A stretch of 64,000 nt of DNA from contig OX337234.1 of the NCBI GenBank assembly GCA_946965045.2, positions 62,001 through 126,000 of the forward strand. The letters run 5' to 3'. Below are positions 47,280 through 58,850 of this stretch, in pieces. Origin of the DNA: Epithemia pelagica (taxonomy: Eukaryota; Protista; Bacillariophyta). How positions within the stretch are numbered: position 1 is the stretch's first letter; each line of letters starts with the position of its first letter. A program made the position numbers and the translations under genes. The notes under the pieces were generated by a model, which did no database searches, was not told the origin of the DNA, and saw nothing but the letters and a program-made list of their open reading frames with translations.

Positions 47280-47506
47280 CATTCTACCCTCGAACTTTGT
47301 AGCACGGACACGGCTCGATCCAACAAACGCAATTCCTCTTGTGTGGTGCACATCCCACCTGGTGGTGCGGGTGCTGGACGGATCATTGGACATTCTACCC
47401 TCGAACTTTGTAGCACGGACACGGTTCGATCCAACAAACGCAATTCCTTTTGGCTCTGAGTGTGGTGCACATCCACCTGGTGCGGGTGCTGGACGGATCA
47501 TTGGGC
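47280..47506. repeat. Tandem duplication, 2 x ~111-116 bp
   Basis: cattctaccctcgaactttgtagcacggacacgg...ggacggatcattgg starts at 47280 and again at 47391. Confidence 0.9.
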
Positions 47507-47924
47507 ATGACGGTTGCCTGTTCATGTCTCTTCTCTGCCAGTGCAGACGACCTTCTGGAAGGAAGGTGCGGGTGGTGCAATGCTTGCCTTCTCTCCTCCT
47601 TCCATAAAGATCGCCGGGCCAACCAGGCCTGGCTGCAGCAGCATCCCTCGGATGCTGCAGGCTGCAGCCAACCGAATGGGAAGGAGGAACAGTGAACAGT
47701 CATCGTTCCAATTCCCAACAACCATTGCTGATTGCTGTACTCTACGGAGAGAACCAAAGCGGTGAGTGTCCATGTCCCCAAAAAGATCGCTGGACTGTGT
47801 GTGTCTGTCTTGGAAGATCCTTCTCTCTCACGTGTGTACTTGTCGTCGTTTGTCGTACTGCAATCGTAGCATCACCCGAAAGACTTTTGCGTGACAGTCT
47901 CGTTGTATTAGTGGACAGCCAAAC

Positions 47925-50900
47925 ATGCAAGGCATTGTTGATTCCTCCTGCTGGTTGGTGCAGCACTGCAAGAGGTTTCTTGTCGGAAGGAATTCCTCCC
48001 CCTCATTGTTGTCCTCTTTTGGCAAGGGTGATCGATTCTTGGTTCTGCTCTTGCTGTTGATTGGAATAGTGGTTGAGAACCATCCTTGTCTTGCCACTGT
48101 TGTTGTCGCGGAGCAACCATCATGGTCCACAACCACAACCTCCAGGCTCTCTTCCACTACGAGCCAAAGTCCTAACCAAGGAGGTGCGAGAACCACCACA
48201 CCACCAGCCGCCATGGTTCCCACCACGGTTTCCTGGCACGAGTTGCAGCAATCCTCTTCCCACAACGACAATCCAGCATTCTGGAGGAAATTGTCCACGG
48301 CCTTGCAAACCACTGGCTTGGTGGCCGTCCAATTGGAGGATGAATTCCCCGATCGCTCTGCGGCTCTAAAGGGATTGTGCCAGTGTCGTCCGCAATTGGA
48401 GGAGCAATATTCCTCCTCCTCCTCCTCGACTCAATCCAATTCCATTCAATCCGTGGCCTTGATGGATGGATCGACACTGCGTACTACGGTGGCCACGGCC
48501 ACGGCTGGATCCGCGTCGCCCCTGCCCTTGACGCAAGACTTGGAATCGCCCTGTGGAACGGAGACGGTCCACGCCATGGAAGCCGTGCGCGATCAAGTCT
48601 CGGAGGTCACCACGGCCTTTGTCCAAGCCTTGGATCAATTGTTGTTGCGCCAAACAAACAACAACGATGGCAGCAACAGCCACCAAGGCGACCAACTCCC
48701 ATTGTTGCGGAATCTTCAGGACGGCACGTACCACACGGTATCTTCCATTCAAGAAGCAGCCCTGCATTTGGAACACTTTCACATTTATTCCAAACAAGAA
48801 GAAGAACAACAACAACAACAAGAAGAACGACAGCAAGAACAAGCCTCTGCTTTGGACTCTCCAAAAGCTCCTGCAAGAATGGATCCATCCAGCCATGAGG
48901 ACAATGCGGCGACTCCTCCCGATGGGCCCAGCAGCGTTCGTGACACCACCACCACGACCCGTTCTTCGTTTTCGTCTCCACAAACCTTGCCCTGGCATAC
49001 CGATGCCGGTTTGTTTTTGAGTTTTGTGCCAGCTCGTAATTGTGGGGACGACCACCATGACAACAATGACGACGAGGATGACTCGTTTTGGCTCTGGGAT
49101 GATACGCATGGTGGTGCTGCGAGACCGGTTCGGTTTCCTCCCCATTCCGTGATTGTCATGATGGGAGCCGGGGCACAAGACTGGTTGCAACATACAAACA
49201 TGGCACTGCACGCCACGCGACATGCCGTCCACCTGCAACCTGGACAGGTGCGAGCCTGGTATGGAATGAGTAAGTATCGTGTAATGGTTTACAGACCGAC
49301 TGGTTCGTGGCAACCACGGCGGTGGTTTCTGGAGATTGGTTTCTCACAGAATCCACTTGGACTGTTGTTCCTTTTAATGTACAGTGACCATGGTGCCCGA
49401 CAGTGCCATTGTGCAACACAATCCCGATCGAACCTTGGCCGACTTGAAACAACTCATGGCCGCCTCTTCCCCCCACCAAGGCCAACCACAAAAAGATACC
49501 CAACCGCAAGATCTGGTCTCGATTGGATGTGACCAGCAATACCTCAATCCTCAAGGTTCTTTGTTGCGGAGCGAGTCGTCCTCTGTGATTCTCCATGCCA
49601 GCAACTCGACTCGAGTGGTTCGACAAGAAGAAAAAGCAGCAGCCAGTCACCCGTATCTGCGAGAGAGTGTTGGTCGTCGTCGTACCATGATGCAAGTTCA
49701 AGGGGGTGGTCCCAGTGCCTGTGACAATGTCACGAGTTTCTTTTGCTGGATGTCCTGTCGAGACATTCCGGCTCTTCCACAACACGACGTGTTGAATGGA
49801 CAAGATCTTTCCTTGCAGTGCCTGGATCCGAACCGATACGACACCGAGGCGGGTGCAGAGTCCTTGTTGCTTCCGGCACTCAAGGCGTGTGATGGTGGAT
49901 GGAAGGGAAATCCGGATTGTCGTGTGCAATGGGTTCCCACACGGACACTCGAGGCGGCCCTGGCCCTACCTGCTACAGGAGCCTCGGGACGATTTTCGTC
50001 GTCGTCGTCATCCGCGGCTCGTCCTTTTTGTTCGGGAGGGACGGCCATGTACATGCATGGGTTCATGTGGATGGATGAAACCTGTGTCATTTTCTTGTTT
50101 CCCACCTGGGTCTTGTCCACTCCGGGACGATTTGCCTTGGCCTGTCTGATTACGATTGGATTGGGCATTGCATTGGAATGGGTCTTGCTCCAACGTCGTC
50201 ACTGGGTCAAGTACGAACAACGACACGCCAAGGCCGCGGCTGCGGCTATCGCCAATGGAGGATTGGGGACACCCTACCCGATTGCCAACCACCACAGTTG
50301 GTGGGGCGTTTCCACCGCCCTGCACATGGTCCAACTCACCATGGGATATTTCCTCATGTTGATTGTCATGACCTACAATATCCCATTGTACGTACAAACG
50401 AAACTGGAATCAAATCTCTGTATTTGTCAATGGACCTATACTCATATTCTGCTCTCTCTTTTTCTTGTTTGTTTAGGTTTATTTGTAGTATTTTGGGCTT
50501 GGTCCTTGGAAACCTCTTGTTTCATCGAAACAGTGGAACCAAGGGAACCGTCAAGCACAAAAGGCACAGCTACGACGACGACGACAATACTGGTTCGAAC
50601 AACAAGCGATCGATCTATTCCAGCAGCACTCGAATGGATCCTCTTCCTCAGTACTACTCCTCCACAGTCAATAGTCAAGGTGCTCCCGAATTGTACGATC
50701 CCCACGCCCATGCCCATGCCTCGGACCAGATGCGGGGACCATACACCAATGGAAGGGTAGTCGCCATGGAATCGACACATCCGGGGCGATGGAACAATAG
50801 CTTCTTGGTACCGACCCATCATCCGGGGGGAGCAAGAGGAGGAGGAAGCCCTCCTCGAGACCCACACGGTGGTTCGTCGTGTTGTGGTGGGGGTTCCGTC

Positions 50901-51398
50901 GTGCGTGTGGATCACGCGGATCCACCATCCTTTCGAACTACTACTAATACGCAAGAACCAGAAGAGGATGCGGCCATGCGCATGGTACAAGGTCGTCGAC
51001 GTGGACGACAAGTGTCCTTGGTGCCACCGGCCGCAACAGCACCCCAACCACAGTCAAATCTGGTGACGACCTACCAAGTTCGTGATTTGCTCGACTTTAT
51101 TGGTCACGATCCTCATTCCGATCGTGTCTCCAGCAGTACCACCTCGGCTTTTACACCCATTACGACGGCCACCAGTGCCGTTACCAGTAGTAGCAGTAGC
51201 AATAGCAGTACCAGTGGTGCCACGGTGCAGTCCACCACGGCGGCGTGGGGAAGCATGGTGGGCGATCGACGACATCGCCATCATCCGACATCCGCGTCCT
51301 TGTCACCAGGGCAAGCCACCGAAGACGATGACTATGCTGGGGAGGACGGAGACGAAGGCGATTGTGCAGGGGCAACACCCTGTTGCCGTGACATCTAA
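47925..51398 (+). CDS. Copy D: oxygenase / Cys-rich / Ctr copper transporter fusion (~1089 aa)
   Basis: Exons 47925-49269, 49385-50387, 50477-51398; introns 49270-49384 and 50388-50476. WHTDAGLFLSFVP, ATRHAV, FFCWMSC, GGTAMYMHGF, MLIVMTYN, GLVLG, ATPCC. Confidence 0.9.
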
Positions 51399-52323
51399 GG
51401 CGGCGGAGTTCCGTGTGTGTACATACATCATTTTGGTATTTGAGGGGGGTTCCATGTCCATATTCCTGTGAGTGGTGAATCCATGGATGCGTTTCCATCC
51501 ATGAATTCTCATTTGTATAAATGATTGGCCACCGAGCTGAATGATCATGATCATGATGCGTTAAATCAATACTACAAATAGAATACAATTGTTATATTGT
51601 ACGTCGTTCATTATTCTTGTCATTCTGGTGTTGGAGGTTGGTTCCATGTACGCGCCGTTGGAACGTGTTGGTTCGTCCACAGACTGATCTCAGAGGTTGG
51701 ATGGACCGATTCTAAAAAAGAATGGAAAGATGGAAGGCATATTCCCTTAGCCTTGATGCTCATAGAATCCGTACCTTACGGTGACGGAAGGTGTGGTTAC
51801 GTCCTCTTCTTCTTTCTTGTGGCTTTTTGTGGTCCCCATTCCTCATGGTGGGCGATGGAAATCCCCCTCCGGGTTATATTGGAGTTCCGCAAAAGGCGAC
51901 TGAATAACGTGCTGGATCATTTGTGGGGTTCGGGACGCTTGCGATCGACACCTTTTTCTCGGACACTGAGTTCACCGCCACCCGCACAGAAGGCCTTTTT
52001 CGTTTGGTGGACAATTGAAACTACTCACTAGGTTCCACGAAATCAGGTTCCACGAAATCTGCTGCTTTGGCAAGGCATGAGCAGTGTGACTATGACAGAG
52101 CGACATCTTACGAACCAAGACGAACGCACCCTAGTATTCCAGGTAGATCATCGTCCAAGTGGCATTAGACAAAGCTTAAGAATACTAGGTCGAATAGCAA
52201 ATCAACACATGAATCTAGTAACGTTAGACACAAGGAATAGCAAACCCATCGCCTGTTCCATTGGCCGACGTAAGAAAAACACCAATACACAACAACACCC
52301 GTATATTCCGTTCCGTCCCTCTT

Positions 52324-55300
52324 TTAGATGACACTTCGATTGCCCGGCTCATCGTCAAAGGATTCCTTTCCTTGCCCCGTAGCAAACTGCTGCATCATCA
52401 TGGCCACCACTTCTTGTCCCCGATCTTCCCATTCTTGTCGATTCTTCAAGGCATAATTCAAGTATTCGTCACTTGAGACACCAAAGACACCACACAATTT
52501 CAACTTCTTGGCCAAGGGAATGATGTAAAAGTCAAAAAAGCCCATTTCGCCCTTGTACCAGTTTTCAGAAGGATCTGTTTCAGCCCGACCATCCAAATAG
52601 GCCTGGTAACATTCGCGGAAAAAGTTTTCATTCCATTTGCGGTACACATACCAATGTTGCATGGTATGCGAGACATCGGAAGCTTGAATCAAGTGCTCAA
52701 TCACAATGGTCGCCTTACGGTTGACGGTATCGCGAGGATTCTCTTCTGTCAAGACTTCGGCAAAGGCCTTGTCCCATCGGGCATTGCGCAACACCTTGAG
52801 TTCCTTATCGGCAATGTCCGTGGCCAAGACGGCTTGTACGACAAGTTGACGGAATCGATCAAATTCGGCCTCGGTTGCATGAATGCAGCGGCGCAAGTCG
52901 CGGTACTGATCAGTCTGCAACAAATCCCAAGCCAAATCAATGGAGTTCTGTTCCGCCACACTCTTGTTTCGGTACATGGTGGCCAGCGTCACATTTTCCT
53001 TGACCAATGTGGTATTGGGAACTCCGGCTGGTTGATGGAAAACAAGTAAGAGGTGTAAGACAAGACCGCTCGTTCAAACGACATGGCACATTCCATTTGG
53101 TTCAATGGTACTTACTGTGATCGACATCATGAATCAAGGCCGAAAAGACCATGGCCAATTGTGTGAGAGGATCCGAAGTGATTCCGTACGTGTGATCGTG
53201 CAAGGTGGAGGCCAACTTGCGTTCCTTTTCGCCATCATCCGGAGAGTTGGAGTCTTCGGATTCACTGCTATCTTCGTAGTTGATATCAGACGGCGCGACA
53301 ATACGAGACAACAATTTGGTCACCGACATGGTCACATGACAGGCATGTTCAAAACTGTGAAAGTCATTTTTGCGGTACATCGAGGCAATGGTACTAATGT
53401 AGGCACGGAGTTGTCCAATCACAGTCTGACCCAAATCAACCTGTTCCGGGTCTTCTTGCAGTTTCACGGCATGGGCATCAAATTCGGGCAAGGTGATAAT
53501 TTCCTTGACTTCGTCCAAACACGTCTTGTTGGGATCTTGAGTCCAATGAGAAGGTGCCAGAGACGACGACGGTCCATGCTTGGAGGAGGCTGCGGCCGTG
53601 GCATCACGTCGAGCCACGACTTGTTTCAAGAGTTGGGTAAAGATTTCCACTTGCCAATTGATCAAACGATCTTCCTTGTTGTCCGCCATTTCGGCAAAAC
53701 CCCACATGTCCTTGTCTTCGGGATCATTCTTAGCCGCCGTGTCTTCCGATTCTAACCAATAGGTTTGCAAGGTTCCCTTGCCCTTGGCCAAGACGAGATC
53801 TTGACGTTCCTGGACCCAATGCTCCTTGCCACCCTCTCGCAACAAATTGGCCGTTTCCTTGGACATGTGGATTCGGTTCGGGACACCCGTAGCTTCAATG
53901 CGAGCAGTGGTATTCACCGTGTCACCAAACAATTGGAATCGCGCACGGTCTCCTCGCAGTACACCGGCCGTAACAGTTCCACTGTGCAATCCCACACGTA
54001 CACCCAAATCACCAGTATCCGGACCAAGGGAGAGTTCCAACTTTTTGACCAAATGCTTGACGGCCTTGACTGTGTCACACGCGAATCGGGCCATGATCAA
54101 GGCATGATCCTTGGTGGGTTCCGGCAAACCAGCAACGGCCACATAACAGTCACCAACTGTTTCGACCTTGAAGACGTTGCGTTTTTTGGCAAGGCGGTCC
54201 AGTTCGGAAAAGATAGTCTCCAACAAGACAAAGACTTGACTCGGTTCGCGCACCGAAGACCAGGCTGTAAAGCCAGAAATATCGGCAAACATGATGGTTG
54301 TTTCCAAAAACAAATCAGCAATGGGCTTGGTACCTGCGGCATCTTTGCCACCATCCAAAAAGCTCTTGATTTGACCCTTGCTGGTGCGGCCAAGGAGGTA
54401 TCCCTTGCTCTTCTTGCCACCATTCGCTGCATCTTCCCGTTCTTCTCCTCCTGGCAACAAACGGTCTCGAATGTTACTGGGGAACATGGAGGACACAAAG
54501 GCATTGGATTGAGCCGCGTTTTCCACCAATTTTCGATTACGAACTTGAACCATGATATCGTACAAGAGAAAGACAACAATCATCAAAAAGAAGGTACCAG
54601 CCATGATACCGGCAAAGATTTCGGGAGTGCGGGACACATACGTGTCTTCAAAGTCTTGCGTCGGGTAGACCGTCATGCTGTATATGCAATGTCCAGGTGT
54701 ATTCACCACATTGGGGTTGGTGTACAACTCGGAAAAGTCAGCATCAATACGGGTATCGTCGTATTTGGGATCGTGCAAATCTCCCACACCAATAAAGTAG
54801 GCTTCCGGACCTTCAATCAAATAGGTATTGGTTTGATTACAAGTGTTGCGGAGTACCACATGAAGACCTTCAATCTCGGCAGGCAACAAATCTCGTAGCG
54901 GAGCATCCCATGACAAGCACCCTTGCACCATGCCGACAATTTTGGAATCTTGCTTGCCCACCTCCTCGTAGACGGGGTAAGTGACACAGGCATGGGGATG
55001 GTCATCAGCACTTTGTCCAGGCAACAAGGAATGAATGACTTCATGTTCTTCACGTTCCAAAGCACCACGAGTCAGCTTTTTAAAGAGTCCATACAAGGTT
55101 TCGTTGCGCAAAATCTCGTGGGCCGCATAGACATCGTAATTGTCCTTGTTGGAGGCAAGATTGAAATTCACAGCTCGGTACGTCGGAAAGGGTGGCGTGC
55201 GATGAAGTTGCAAATAGAAAACATCCGATGTATTGTCCGGAACAGGTTGCCCAGCGACAAACTTTTTGACGTATGGCGTGTATTGTTCCGGTTTAAAGGT

Positions 55301-56097
55301 AAAACCCGGACTGAGACGATGACTTTCGGCGATAATTTCTTCGTATCGGGGGTTGATCCACTCAATATAGGCATCCAATTCATCGGGTTCCGCCTTTTTG
55401 GCGACACTGAGAATTTGCATGTTGGATTGGACCCGGACCCGGCGTCCGTATTCTTCAAAGTCGGGAGGAGCATAAAAGGGCATTTTGGCACCAGCCGCAA
55501 CCATGCCCGATGTTACCACAGCCGACAAGGTTTCAAAGGACAACCGTGTTGCACGCTGTTGTTCCACACCCGATGAAACCAATGTGGCTCCAAATTGATT
55601 AAACTGGAATGTATCACAAAGGAACAAAGAACTAGAGGTGAGACTCGATTGACCTAGGGCAAAAACTACCCATAGAAACACAGATTGAAGGTGGGGTAGC
55701 ACGATCACAGAGAATGCTCCATCATAGAAAAACGTACCGCGTTGTCAAAATCTTCTTCTTCGGCATCCTTGAGGAATCGGTAGGTAGTGGCAATCACAGT
55801 GACTGCCACGGCACAAATCAAAATCAAAACGACAACACGAAGAAACCGGATACGATTGGTATCGTGTCGACTCATTTGATTCACCACTCGGACTTCTTCT
55901 TGGACCTGACCATTGGTGGAAGATTCTTCATTGGACGATCCTCCTCGACTCAAACTGGCTGTATCGTAGTTTTCATCTTCATCCTTTGGCTGCTGGTTGG
56001 CATCAAACGAGGCTTCTTCCACAGGAGGACGATCCTCGTCTCTGTCGGGAGTTCCATGACTCATGCTCGCCTTTTTCGGACGAATGAGGGAACCCAT
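52324..56097 (-). CDS. Membrane class III nucleotidyl (guanylate-type) cyclase fused to a cyclic-nucleotide phosphodiesterase
   Basis: Exons 56097 (or 56064)-55738, 55603-53116, 53027-52324; introns 55604-55737 and 53028-53115. Two TM segments flank an extracellular domain. Cyclase: FADISGFT, KVETVGDCY, GLHSG, LFGDTVNTTARIE. PDE: FHSFEHACHV, spliced IHDVDHTGVPN, ATDI, ASDVSH. Confidence 0.93.
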
Positions 56098-57690
56098 TGT
56101 GTCTGTGTGCTTGCTCGTGTTCTTTTACGACTGAGATTTGACGGATTCAAGAAATAATGTCCTTCTTCTCAAAAACAGTTTGCCAGAGGTTTCGATAACA
56201 AGTCCAACAAGATTTTTTGAGATACCTTCTGTTTTCCCAAGAATGGCATACGAGTAGAGTGGTCACTTCCTCCAACCTCAAAATGTGACGGCAGTTGGGA
56301 TTTCTTGTTGGGCAATGACGTCACGTGAGGTTCTTGAAGGTGTCCAAAATGTAAATTCCGACTAGCCTAGCCCGACAGTGACCCATTCAGAATTATACGT
56401 AATAAACTTGTTGGGTGCGTCTCCACTACGGATCAAACGACGAATGACGAATGCCCAAGGGAATGAGGTCATTCATGGAGTGGTAGGGCCTAAGAATGTC
56501 AAACGCGAAAGACACGATTGGAGGGAACTATTGACACTGGTAAATGGATCCCGGACACTGGATATTCGTGTATTTACTGGCTGACGAAAAGTGGGCGTAG
56601 TCCCTAGCTCTCGGTTAACTCTCCGAATCCCGAATCCGGAAGCTAAAGGGATTCTCTGTTCTCTCCGTTGGATGTCTTTCGGTTCTTGTTTTTTCGAAAG
56701 AGGTAGTCCCGCTAAGGGATATCAGTACCAATACCCGGCAAAATCAGGCACAGAGCGATATCAAATATCAAACAAATCCCTCCATCGTTCGCAATTCGCA
56801 ACCAGAATATCCATTTAATACTGTATTGAAGTTCGAATCGTTTGGGGGAGATATGCGCACCTCGAACCTCGAACCTCGCTTTTTGCACCCTGCTTTCTCT
56901 TGTCTCTCTCTTTTCTCTTTTCCCTTTCCTTTTGAGATTTATCGACAATAATTCTTGAAATCCAATAATCGACCGATACCATTCACCACATTGCGTCATT
57001 GCGTAGAGTACTCAACTCCAATCACATGATAGTACTACTCGTAATAATGATCTCTCTCTACGAGTAGCGTATAATATCGATGACGGTCGTACGTCATGCC
57101 CCATGCCCCATCATGGGGTGACACGTGACGGCATCACCAAACACAGTGGGACATTCTTTTATTTCTGGCATCTCAATTCTCAGTTTCATGATGTCTACCG
57201 TGTACCGAGTTGTCCATCTGCTTCATACTTTGACGATGGATGACGGCTGTGTGTGCGTTCTTCGTTTTGCCCGAGTTGTGTGGAAGTCGTCGTCTTTCTG
57301 GCTGGCTGTGTGTGTCTTTCTTCTTGGTCGATTCCAAGAACCTCCGGAAAGGACGGAGGGCTATTTGTTGTACTAGCTAGTAGCGTGACCATTGACCAGA
57401 GTAGTCTCTCAACACTCTCAACAATCCAGACAACGAATGCCAAGCGTCTCAAAATGACTACTTGTGCATGATGGTTCACATCTGGGGCGACATGCCACAC
57501 AACCGGATACATACAAAGCCCAACTATACTTGAGACGGACGAGGTTCCGGAAAGACCTCCACCCTTTCTTTCCGAATGTTCATCACCGCCGATGCATCTG
57601 GACCATCGTTTCTTGTCCGCACCACCACTAGTATTGCCATCAGAATCTTTTTCTTCTCTGTAGGAGGAGTCTATACGAAACGAAGAGATC

Positions 57691-57987
57691 CATGATATCA
57701 TGATGAATGGGGATGACGGTAATGACCCGTGTTTGGTCGTCGCTCCTTCGTTCCTGCACTTGGGGGTATGGGAGTAGATAGATGATATCATACTACTAAC
57801 TCTAGTCCAGTCCCATGGTGAACCATCTGTCGCTACGAAACAAAGAGGTCCATGATCATGATGAATGGGGATGATGGTGATGACCCGTGTTTGGTCGTCG
57901 CTCCTTCATTACACTGCACTTGGGGGTATAGGAGTAGATAATACCATACTACCTTCTAACTCTAGTCCAGTCCCATGGTGAACCATC
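57691..57987. repeat. Direct repeat, 2 x ~137 bp with 160-bp period
   Basis: catgat...gatgaatgggg...gacccgtgtttggtcgtcgctcctt...ctctagtccagtcccatggtgaaccatc at 57691-57827 and 57851-57987. Confidence 0.85.
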
Positions 57988-58540
57988 CGCAGTCCCTTCA
58001 CCCAGACGAGGCAGTCCGAGCGAGCCATATGCGTTCGCAATATGTCGAGAGTGGCAGTGGTGGAGAAAAAAAGGCCAGAACAAAGCTCACACAATGACAA
58101 CGGGGTGGGGGGCATGCCCTTTGCGGCGTTCCCAATGCGAACTCCACATACAAAAAATTACCTTTCAACCCCCCAAAGACTCCGACTCCACCCCCCGAAA
58201 TGGAGATGCGGAACGACACAGAGGCATCTGGCGTACACCAAAACTCACAGTCGAGACAAACGCACGATCCAGTCGTATTGGGCCCCGGATGATACCGAAA
58301 ATGGAACCTGAATAGTACACTTTGATATACAGTGACATGACGCAATTCTCCCAGATTCCAACACTGCACAGGGAAAGAGTCGAACAATCTTTCGGTCTCG
58401 GCCACTCCACGACAAGGGCGAACAGCGCCAGCAGCAACCGTAGCAGCAGCAGCATCCGCAACAACTCCACCGATCAAACCGGTAACCTATAGAGAATATT
58501 GAAACCGGCATCTGGATGGATATTGAGTGATTGGGAGTGT

Positions 58541-58572
<32 letters not shown>

Positions 58573-58850
58573 GCAATTGATTGTTGATTGTTCTCACTCT
58601 CTCGTATTGATTTTCTGGGTAAGAACAGTATTATTATTTGGACAACACCCAGCAACAGTCTCTCGTTTACGGACGGCACTCTCTCACACCATTGTTGCAT
58701 CGTTGTCGTCTGTTTGCTTCTGTTTGTTGGTTTGGATTCCTACTACTACTACTTCTTCTCGCAGATCTTGTGTGTGCTCTTTGGGAATTGACAAGAACAA
58801 CAAGCACTACCTAGAACAAGAACCAGAAAAAACAACACTAAAACAACACC

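Noticed and set aside
57195-57791. 198-aa minus-strand ORF
   Set aside because: It begins inside a local duplication and has no recognisable domain, so support is insufficient.
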